DNA of 64,000 bases from Candidatus Latescibacterota bacterium (GTDB lineage Bacteria; Latescibacterota; UBA2968; UBA8231): positions 1,344,001 through 1,408,000 of the forward strand of contig CBDCSU010000005.1 of NCBI GenBank assembly GCA_965221775.1. The letters run 5' to 3'. The notes under the pieces were generated by a model. The model had not been told where the DNA came from, ran no database searches, and saw only the letters and a list, made by a program, of their open reading frames with translations. Each line of letters begins with the position of its first letter. Within the stretch, counting starts at the first letter, position 1. The position numbers and the translations under genes are program-made. Shown piece after piece: positions 56,974-64,000 of this stretch.

Positions 56974-57948
56974 ATGTCGACCGGCCTCGTGCAGAGCCTC
57001 CCCAACGTCTGGATCGGCGTGCTGGCGGCGACGGCGGCGATCATGGGCTTCATCACCGTCAACGCCCTGGCCCTGATCTGGCTGGAGCGCAAGGTCAGCG
57101 CCCGCATCCAGCGCCGCTACGGTCCCACGGAGGTGGGGCCCTTCGGCCTGCTGCAGACGCTGGCCGACGTGGTCAAGCTGGTGGGCAAGGAGCTGGTCAC
57201 GCCGGACCACGTGCACCGCCCCCTGTACCTCACCGCCCCGGTCCTCGTCTTCGCGCCGCTGCTGGCGCTGCTGGCCCTGCTGCCGATGGCCGAGAGCTGG
57301 GTCTTCCACGACTACGACATCGCCCTGGTACTGCTGCTGGCGTTCTCGGGCCTCAACGTGATCGGCATCTTCGCCGCCGGCTGGGGCTCCAACAACAAGT
57401 ACGCCCTCCTCGGCGCGGTGCGCGCCGTGGCCCAGAACATCTCCTACGAGATCCCCCTGCTGCTGGCCGTGATCCCCGTGGTGGTCATGACCCGCTCCCT
57501 GAGCCTGCACGAGATCGGCAGCGCCCAGGCCTCCTGGCCCTTCGTGCTCGTGCAGCCCCTGGCCTTCCTCATCTACTTCATCTCGGCCACGGCCGAGACC
57601 AACCGCGCCCCCTTCGACATCCCCGAGGCCGAGTCGGAGCTGGTGGCCGGGTTCCACACGGAGTACTCGGGGATGCGCTTCGGCGTGTTCTTCCTCGCCG
57701 AGTTCACCCACATGGTGATCGTCTGCGCCGTGGCCACGATCCTCTTCCTCGGCGCCTGGAACGGGCCGCTGCTTCCCGGGTGGCTGTGGTTCTTCGTCAA
57801 GGTCTACGGCCTGATCCTGGTGATGATGTGGTTCCGCTGGACCTTCCCGCGCCTGCGCTTCGACCAGCTCATGACCTTCGCCTGGGCGGTGCTGGTGCCG
57901 CTGGCGCTGATCAACCTGCTGGTTACCACCGTGGTCCTGAAACTGTGA
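56974..57948 (+). CDS. nuoH: NADH-quinone oxidoreductase subunit H
   Basis: LERKVSARIQRRYGP, GLLQTLAD, ETNRAPFDIPEAESELVAG, PRLRFDQLM. Confidence 0.95.
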   Translation: MSTGLVQSLPNVWIGVLAATAAIMGFITVNALALIWLERKVSARIQRRYGPTEVGPFGLLQTLADVVKLVGKELVTPDHVHRPLYLTAPVLVFAPLLALLALLPMAESWVFHDYDIALVLLLAFSGLNVIGIFAAGWGSNNKYALLGAVRAVAQNISYEIPLLLAVIPVVVMTRSLSLHEIGSAQASWPFVLVQPLAFLIYFISATAETNRAPFDIPEAESELVAGFHTEYSGMRFGVFFLAEFTHMVIVCAVATILFLGAWNGPLLPGWLWFFVKVYGLILVMMWFRWTFPRLRFDQLMTFAWAVLVPLALINLLVTTVVLKL

Positions 57949-57958
57949 GACGGGGAAC

Positions 57959-58522
57959 ATGCTGAGACAGACCTTCCTCGGCGCCTGGTCGCTGCTGACG
58001 GGGATGAAGGTGACCCTGCAGCACGTCTTCCGGCCGCCGCTGACCTCCCAGTACCCGCGCGAGCGGATCGAGATGACGAAGGCTTTCCGCAACGTCATCG
58101 CCCTCATCGAGATCGACGGGATCGGCTCCCACGACTGCATCGACTGCGGCGCCTGCGAGCGCGTCTGCCCCTCCGACTGCATCTACATCGAGGGCGAGCG
58201 CCCCGAGGGCATGAAGCGCAGGCGGGCGACGAAGTTCGACGTCGACTTCGCCCTCTGCTCGGAGTGCGGACTCTGCCTCGACGTGTGCCCCACCGACACC
58301 CTGGGCTACGTCCGCGAGTACGACCAGGCCGGGTACCAGCGCGGCGACTTCATGTACGACTTGCTGATCCCCTGGCGGGAGGGGGAGCCCGAAGCCCGCG
58401 ACCGCCTGCGGACCCTGGAGGCGGAGCAGGCGGCGGCCAGGAAGGCCAAGGCCGCCAAACGCAAGGCCGCCGCGGCCAAGGCGAAGGCGGAGCCGGCGGC
58501 CGAGGCCGGTCCGGAGAGCTGA
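57959..58522 (+). CDS. nuoI: NADH-quinone oxidoreductase subunit I
   Basis: QYPRE, CIDCGACERVCP, CSECGLCLDVCP. Confidence 0.92.
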   Translation: MLRQTFLGAWSLLTGMKVTLQHVFRPPLTSQYPRERIEMTKAFRNVIALIEIDGIGSHDCIDCGACERVCPSDCIYIEGERPEGMKRRRATKFDVDFALCSECGLCLDVCPTDTLGYVREYDQAGYQRGDFMYDLLIPWREGEPEARDRLRTLEAEQAAARKAKAAKRKAAAAKAKAEPAAEAGPES

Positions 58523-58526
58523 GCGG

Positions 58527-59036
58527 GTGCTGGAGCAGAACGCCCCCTTCCTCTTCGCCGCCCTGGTCCTGGCGGGAGGTCTCGCCGCCGCCTGGGCGCG
58601 CCACATCCTCTACGCCATCATCGGCCTCGGCGTCAGCCTCTTCGGGGTGGCCGGGCTGTTCCTGCTGCTGGGCAGCCCCTTCGTGGCCGCCATGCAGCTG
58701 CTCATCTACATCGGCGGCATCACCGTGGCCATCGTCTTCGCCATGATGCTGTCCATCGCCATGACCGTGGCGCCGGCGCCGCGCAACCGCCTCAAGGCGG
58801 TCTTCGCCGGGGTCTGCGCCGCCGCCTTCGGAGCCGCCGTCCTGCCGCTGGTGCAGGCGGCCCCCTTCGAGGCCCGGGCGGCTACGGTCCCCCACGAGAC
58901 CTGGCCCGTGGCCGGCATCGGCCACGCCCTGCTGACCCACTACAACCTCGTCTTCGAGACCCTCTCGGTGGTGCTGCTGCTGGCCATCATCGGCGCCATC
59001 CTCATCGCCCGCTCGGGGCGGGAGCCGGCGCCGTGA
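58527..59036 (+). CDS. nuoJ: NADH-quinone oxidoreductase subunit J
   Basis: FVAAMQLLIYIGGI, FETLSVVLLLAIIGAI. Confidence 0.92.
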   Translation: MLEQNAPFLFAALVLAGGLAAAWARHILYAIIGLGVSLFGVAGLFLLLGSPFVAAMQLLIYIGGITVAIVFAMMLSIAMTVAPAPRNRLKAVFAGVCAAAFGAAVLPLVQAAPFEARAATVPHETWPVAGIGHALLTHYNLVFETLSVVLLLAIIGAILIARSGREPAP

Positions 59037-59338
59037 GCCTGGAGGGCTACCTGCTGGTCGGCCTCGCCCTGTTCTGCCTGGGGCTGTACGCCGTCGTCGC
59101 CCAGCGCAACCTGATCGCCGTGCTCATCGGCGTCGAGCTGATGATGAACGCGGCGAGCCTCAACATCATGGCCTTCAACCGCTTTTCCGTCACCGACCCG
59201 AGCACGGGGCAGGTCTTCGTGCTCATCATCATCGGCCTGGCGGCGGCGGAGGTGGCCATCTTCCTGTCGATCATCCTCAACCTCTATCGCCTGCGCCGCG
59301 ACATCGACGTGGAACATCTCACCGGGCTGAAGGGCTGA
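59033..59338 (+). CDS. nuoK: NADH-quinone oxidoreductase subunit K
   Basis: RNLIAVLIGVELMMNA, AAAEVA. Confidence 0.93.
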   Translation: MSLEGYLLVGLALFCLGLYAVVAQRNLIAVLIGVELMMNAASLNIMAFNRFSVTDPSTGQVFVLIIIGLAAAEVAIFLSIILNLYRLRRDIDVEHLTGLKG

Positions 59339-59340
59339 CC

Positions 59341-61191
59341 GTGGACACCCTGAGCCTGGCCCTGGCCACCACCTTCGCGCCCTTCGCCGCCTGTGTCGTC
59401 TCCCTGCTGTTCCTGGTGGGGCGGCCGCGGCTGGCGCAGGCAGTGGTCCTGGCCGGCGGCGGCGTCTCCCTGCTGGGGGCGCTGGCGCTGCTGGCCGCCG
59501 GGCCGGTGGAGCCTCTGCGCTTCCTGTGGTTCACCAGCGGGCCGGTGGAACTGCGCTTCGGGTTCTGGCTCGACGGCCTGAGCCTGATGTTCGGCGCCGC
59601 CGTCGCCCTGGTGACCCTGTGCGTCATGGTCTACTCGGTGGGCTACATGGGGGGGGACCCCGGGCGGACCCGCTACTTCGCCCTGCTGGGCCTCTTCGAG
59701 TGGTCGATGCTCAGCTTCGTCTACGCCGTCGACCTGCTGCAGTCCTTCATCTTCTGGGAGCTGGTGGGGCTCTCCTCCTTCTTCCTCATCGGGTTCTGGT
59801 ACGAGAAGCCCGCCGCCCGCGACGCGGCGACCAAGGCCTTCGTCATGACCCGCATCGGCGACGTGGGTCTCTTCATCGGCCTGCTGATGGTCCTGCACGT
59901 GGCCGGCGGCTTCGACCTCCCCGCCCTGCTCGACCCGCAGTCGGGGATGGTGCGCACGGCGGCGCCCCTGCTGCTGACCGTCATCAGCCTGCTGATCTTC
60001 GCCGGCATCGCCGGCAAGAGCGCCCAGCTCCCCCTGCACACCTGGCTGCCCGACGCCATGGAGGGCCCCACGCCGGTGAGCGCCCTGCTGCACTCGGCGA
60101 CGATGGTCGCCGCCGGCGTCTTCCTCATGGCGCGGCTGCACCCCCTCTTCATGGCGGCGGACTACGCGCCCTCCGTGATCCTGGCGGTCTCGGCGCTGAC
60201 CGCGCTGGTGGCGGCGACCATGGCCATGGTGGAGAGCGACATCAAGCGGGTCCTGGCCTACTCGTCGATCTCGCAGCTCGGCTTCATGCTCATGGGGCTG
60301 GCCGCCGGCAGCCTCTTCGCCGGCGTCTTCCACCTGGTGACCCACGCCCTCTTCAAGGCGCTGCTGTTCTTGTGCTCGGGGCTCTTCATCCACCACTGCG
60401 GGACCAACGACATGGCGGGGATCGGGCGCGGCGGCGGACGGCGGCTGCGTTTCGCCACCGTCGGTCTGGTCGCCGGCGGCGCCGCCCTGGCCGGGGTGCC
60501 GCCCCTGTCCGGGTTCTTCAGCAAGGAGGAGATCTTCGCCAGCCTCGGCCCCGGCGGCGGAGACCCGGTGACGATGGCAGCCTACGTGGTCGCCTTCCTG
60601 GCGGCGCTGCTGACCGCCTACTACACCTTCCGCATGATCTTCCTGGTGACGCGCCCGGGGCGGATCGAGGCGGCGGGCGGTGACGATGGCCACGGGGGCC
60701 GCGCCGAGCCCCGGGTCATGGCGGCGCCCGTGGCCGTGCTCACCCTCGGGTCGGTGATCGCCGGCTTCTGGGGGCGCGAGATCGCCGCCGGCCTCGGTGT
60801 CGCGTCCGCGCCCCACGGCCTGGCGACGATGGCGCCGGCCCTGGCGGTGGTCGCCCTCGGCGTGGTGTGGGCGTGGCTCGACTTCGGCCGCGCCGGGGCG
60901 CCGCGCACCGGCTCGGTCCGCCGCGTGCCGGCGCTGCAGACATTGTTCGCCCGGCAGTGGTACGTGGACGCCCTCTACCGCGCCGTGGTGGTGCGCATCA
61001 CCGTGCTCGCCGCCCGGGTGCTGCACGCCTTCGAGGTGCGGGGCCTGGACCTCAACTTCGAGCGCTTCGGCTTCGGCATCCTCGGCGCCGGCACCGGCTC
61101 GACGCGTCTGCAGACCGGCTGGGTCCAGTTCTACGGCGGCTGGGCGGTGGTCCTCGTCGGCCTGGTGGCCGCGTACCTGGGGATGCGCTGA
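59341..61191 (+). CDS. nuoL: NADH-quinone oxidoreductase subunit L
   Basis: WELVGLSSFFLIGFW, GKSAQLPLHTWLPDAMEGPTPVSALLHSATMV. Confidence 0.95.
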   Translation: MDTLSLALATTFAPFAACVVSLLFLVGRPRLAQAVVLAGGGVSLLGALALLAAGPVEPLRFLWFTSGPVELRFGFWLDGLSLMFGAAVALVTLCVMVYSVGYMGGDPGRTRYFALLGLFEWSMLSFVYAVDLLQSFIFWELVGLSSFFLIGFWYEKPAARDAATKAFVMTRIGDVGLFIGLLMVLHVAGGFDLPALLDPQSGMVRTAAPLLLTVISLLIFAGIAGKSAQLPLHTWLPDAMEGPTPVSALLHSATMVAAGVFLMARLHPLFMAADYAPSVILAVSALTALVAATMAMVESDIKRVLAYSSISQLGFMLMGLAAGSLFAGVFHLVTHALFKALLFLCSGLFIHHCGTNDMAGIGRGGGRRLRFATVGLVAGGAALAGVPPLSGFFSKEEIFASLGPGGGDPVTMAAYVVAFLAALLTAYYTFRMIFLVTRPGRIEAAGGDDGHGGRAEPRVMAAPVAVLTLGSVIAGFWGREIAAGLGVASAPHGLATMAPALAVVALGVVWAWLDFGRAGAPRTGSVRRVPALQTLFARQWYVDALYRAVVVRITVLAARVLHAFEVRGLDLNFERFGFGILGAGTGSTRLQTGWVQFYGGWAVVLVGLVAAYLGMR

Positions 61192-61194
61192 CCG

Positions 61195-62670
61195 ATGCCC
61201 GTCCTCACCGCCATCCTGCTGTGCCCGGCGGCAGCCCTGGTGCTGGTCCTGCTCGTGCCGGCGAACGCCCGGTCCGCGGTGCGCGCCATCAGCTTGCTGT
61301 CGTCGCTGGCGGCCACCGTCCTGAGCCTGTGGGTGTGGCTCGGCTACGACGCCGCCGCCGGGGGCATGCAGTTCGTCGAGCGCATCCCCTGGGTGGAGCG
61401 CCTCGGCATCTCCTACCACCTCGCCGTGGACGGCTTCACCACCATCCTGGTGATGCTCAACTCCATCGTCTACCTCACCGGCGTCCTCACCATGTGGGAC
61501 CTGGAGGAGCGCGTGAAGGGGTTCTTCGCCTTCATGCTGCTGCTGGTGATCGGCGTCTACGGCGTCTTCCTCTCCCAGGACCTGTTCTTCCTGTTCTTCT
61601 TCTACGAGGTCGCCGTGGTGCCCATGTATCCCCTGATCCTGATCTGGGGCTCGGGCAACCGCGAGTACGCGGCGATGAAGCTGATGCTCTTCCTGCTCGC
61701 CGGCTCGGCCCTGCTCTTCCCGGCCCTGCTGTCGATCTACCACGCCTCCGGCCTGAACACCTTCGACATGGTGGTCCTGTCGCGGCACGCCTTCGACCCC
61801 GACTTCCAGGTCTTCGTCTACCCCTTCGTCTTCGTCGGCTTCGGCGTCCTCGCCGGCCTCTTCCCCTTCCACGGGTGGTCGCCCACGGGCCACGTGGCGG
61901 CGCCGTCGGCGGTGTCGATGCTGCACGCCGGGGTGCTGATGAAGCTGGGCGCCTACGGCATCCTGGCCGCCGGTATCCGCATCCTGCCCCACGGCGCCGT
62001 GCACTGGGCCCCGGTCTTCGCCGTGCTGGCCGCCGTGGGCGTCGTGTACGGGGCCTTCGTGGCCATGCGCCAGAGCGACTTCAAGTTCGTCGTCGGGTTC
62101 TCGTCGGTGTCGCACATGGGCATCGTCATCCTCGGCCTCAACCTCGCCGTCCTCGGCAAGGCCGGGGCTGACGCCCTCAACGGCGCCGTCTTCCAGATGT
62201 TCGCCCACGGCATCATGACGGCCCTGTTCTTCTCCATCGTCGGCTTCATCTACGATCGCTCCCGCTCCAAGACGATCTCCGACTTCGGGGGCCTCGGGTC
62301 GCAGATGCCGCGAGCCGTCTCGGTCTTCATCGTCGCCGGCCTGTGCGGCGCCGGCATGCCCGGGCTGGCCAGCTTCTGGGCCGAGCTGCTCGTCTTCCTC
62401 GCGGCCCTCAAGACCTACCCGGTCCTGGGGGTGGCCGTCATCGCCGGCCTCGTGCTCACCGCAGTCTACGTCCTGCGCGTGTTCTCCCTGGCCTTCTTCG
62501 GGCCCGTCAACGAGCGCTGGAACGGCCTGCGCGACCTCGACCTTGCGGGCGTCCACCTGGTGCCGAGGGCGATCCTCATCGCCGTGCTCCTGTTCTTCGG
62601 CTTCTACCCCCGGGCCCTCCTCGACGTGATCGACGGCACCACGGCGGCGATGATCGCCGGCTTCCGATGA
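61195..62670 (+). CDS. nuoM: NADH-quinone oxidoreductase subunit M
   Basis: FYEVAVVPMY, PFHGWSP, GVLMKLGAYG, SSVSHMG, GMPGLASF. Confidence 0.93.
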   Translation: MPVLTAILLCPAAALVLVLLVPANARSAVRAISLLSSLAATVLSLWVWLGYDAAAGGMQFVERIPWVERLGISYHLAVDGFTTILVMLNSIVYLTGVLTMWDLEERVKGFFAFMLLLVIGVYGVFLSQDLFFLFFFYEVAVVPMYPLILIWGSGNREYAAMKLMLFLLAGSALLFPALLSIYHASGLNTFDMVVLSRHAFDPDFQVFVYPFVFVGFGVLAGLFPFHGWSPTGHVAAPSAVSMLHAGVLMKLGAYGILAAGIRILPHGAVHWAPVFAVLAAVGVVYGAFVAMRQSDFKFVVGFSSVSHMGIVILGLNLAVLGKAGADALNGAVFQMFAHGIMTALFFSIVGFIYDRSRSKTISDFGGLGSQMPRAVSVFIVAGLCGAGMPGLASFWAELLVFLAALKTYPVLGVAVIAGLVLTAVYVLRVFSLAFFGPVNERWNGLRDLDLAGVHLVPRAILIAVLLFFGFYPRALLDVIDGTTAAMIAGFR

Positions 62671-64000
62671 CCGACCTCGTCCTCTTCCTGCCCGAGACGG
62701 TCTGCCTGCTGGCGGCGCTGGCGGTCTTCGTCGCCCAGGTCGCCGGGGCGCGCTATACCGTGGCCTGGGTTCTGTCCCTGGTTGGGGGTCTGGCGGCGGT
62801 GGCCGCCTGCATCCACACCTGGCCGCTGTCGGGGGAGCCCTTCTTCCCCGGCATCTACCGCGTCGACTTCTTCTCGCAGCTGGTGAAGACCTTCCTCGCC
62901 GCCGGCTTCCTGGTGGTGGCCGCCGTGGCCCGGCAGCCGCGCACGACCCGGGAGGAGGCCTGGCCGGAGCTGCCCCTGTTCCTGCTGCTGAGCACGGTGG
63001 GGATGATGATGCTCGTGAGCGCCACCGAGCTGCTCACCCTCTACATCTCCATGGAGCTGTCCGCCTATCCGCTCTACATCGCCGTGGCCCTGCACCGCAG
63101 CCGCGCCGTCAGCGGCGAGAGCTCGACCAAGTACATGATCCAGGGGATGGTGGCCTCGGCCGTGTCGCTCTACGGGCTCAGCTTCCTCTTCGGGCTGGCC
63201 GGGTCGACCTACTTCAACGACATCGCCGCCCAGCTCCCCACCCTGTCGCAGCAGCCCCTGTTCTGGCTGGCCCTGCTGCTGGCCCTGGCCGGCTTCTTCT
63301 TCAAGCTCGCCGTCTTCCCCTTCCACTTCTGGGCGCCGGACACCTACCAGACCGCGTCCCACGAGGTGGCGGCCTTCATCGCCTCGGCGTCGAAGGTGGC
63401 GGCCGTGGCCGTCCTCTGCCGCATCGTCTCCCTGGCCATGCCCCAGGAGGATCCGGCCGCCGCGCGGACGGTGCTCATGTGGATGAGCGTGCTGGCCATG
63501 ACCCTGGGCAACCTGGCGGCCCTGCGGCAGGGGGACTTCAAGCGCCTCCTCGGGTACTCCGCCGTGGCCCACGGCGGCTATGCCCTGATCGGCGTGCAGA
63601 CCCTCGACGGCACCGGGCTGACCTCGGCCCTGTTCTACGGCCTCGGGTACGCCGCCGTCTCCTTCCTCTGCTTCCTGGTGGTCTGCGAGATCGCCCGCGA
63701 CCGGGACCTGGTCTCCATCGAGTCCCTCGCCGGGCTGCACCGGCGCTCGCCGGTGCTGGCGGCGCTGCTGCTGGTGGGCCTCCTCGGCCTGATCGGACTG
63801 CCGCCGACGGTCGGCTTCACCGGCAAGTGGTTCCTGTTCTCGGCGGCCATCGCCCAGGGCCAGTTCGCCCTCGTCCTGGTGGCCGCCGTCAACTCGGCAG
63901 TGGCCCTCTACTACTACCTGCTGGTCATGCGCCAGGCCTACTTCGCCCCGGCCGAGGACGAGGCGCCCCTGCGCGCCGGCGGCGCCTCGCTGGCGGCGGC
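62667..64000 (+). CDS. nuoN: NADH-quinone oxidoreductase subunit N, truncated by the right edge
   Basis: Hand translation from ATG 62667: YISMELS, FKLAVFPFHFWAPDTY, GNLAALRQ, KRLLGYS, GLPPTVGFTGK. Confidence 0.92.
   Translation, partial: MTDLVLFLPETVCLLAALAVFVAQVAGARYTVAWVLSLVGGLAAVAACIHTWPLSGEPFFPGIYRVDFFSQLVKTFLAAGFLVVAAVARQPRTTREEAWPELPLFLLLSTVGMMMLVSATELLTLYISMELSAYPLYIAVALHRSRAVSGESSTKYMIQGMVASAVSLYGLSFLFGLAGSTYFNDIAAQLPTLSQQPLFWLALLLALAGFFFKLAVFPFHFWAPDTYQTASHEVAAFIASASKVAAVAVLCRIVSLAMPQEDPAAARTVLMWMSVLAMTLGNLAALRQGDFKRLLGYSAVAHGGYALIGVQTLDGTGLTSALFYGLGYAAVSFLCFLVVCEIARDRDLVSIESLAGLHRRSPVLAALLLVGLLGLIGLPPTVGFTGKWFLFSAAIAQGQFALVLVAAVNSAVALYYYLLVMRQAYFAPAEDEAPLRAGGASLAA

Noticed and set aside
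59284-62556. Very long antisense or alternate-frame ORFs (also 3595-5448, 8087-10159, 11693-14263 and others)
   Set aside because: These are shadow ORFs typical of high-GC DNA, opposite well-supported genes and rich in Arg/Pro/Ala/Gly.

Overview
High-GC (~70%) bacterial chromosomal window, probably from a heterotroph rich in sulfatases and oxidoreductases; a Latescibacterota-like or host-associated lineage is an inference only. The backbone carries catabolic genes (enolase-family racemase, Zn dehydrogenase, TonB receptor, DMFase-like protein, two sulfatases, Gfo/Idh/MocA proteins, amidohydrolases, PhyH), an ECF sigma/anti-sigma locus with two repeat surface proteins, ferritin, a Re-citrate-synthase-like enzyme, ACP, nagB, a DUF4954-like protein, two divergent sensor-less sigma-54 activators, parA, mazG and a nuoABCDHIJKLMN cluster without nuoEFG that runs off the right edge. 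Three AT-richer accessory patches interrupt it. (i) 14.2-16.7 kb: Fic plus a PD-(D/E)xK protein behind a promoter flanked by 12-bp repeats. (ii) 18.5-20.2 kb: two toxin-antitoxin loci (AbiEi/AbiEii, HigBA), each with a broken toxin and an intact antitoxin. (iii) 24.7-37.1 kb: an all-minus-strand defence island. The best candidate for an undescribed system is in this island: an sspABCD-like DNA phosphorothioation module followed not by sspE or sspFGH but by a low-GC trio (HEPN-like+GIY-YIG protein, DGQHR protein, AbiGi-like protein). Upstream of it, an uncharacterised toxin-like/pseudo-IrrE pair sits between 65-bp direct repeats. No tRNA, rRNA, CRISPR array, integrase or transposase was recognised. 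All family calls come from motif reading, not database searches.
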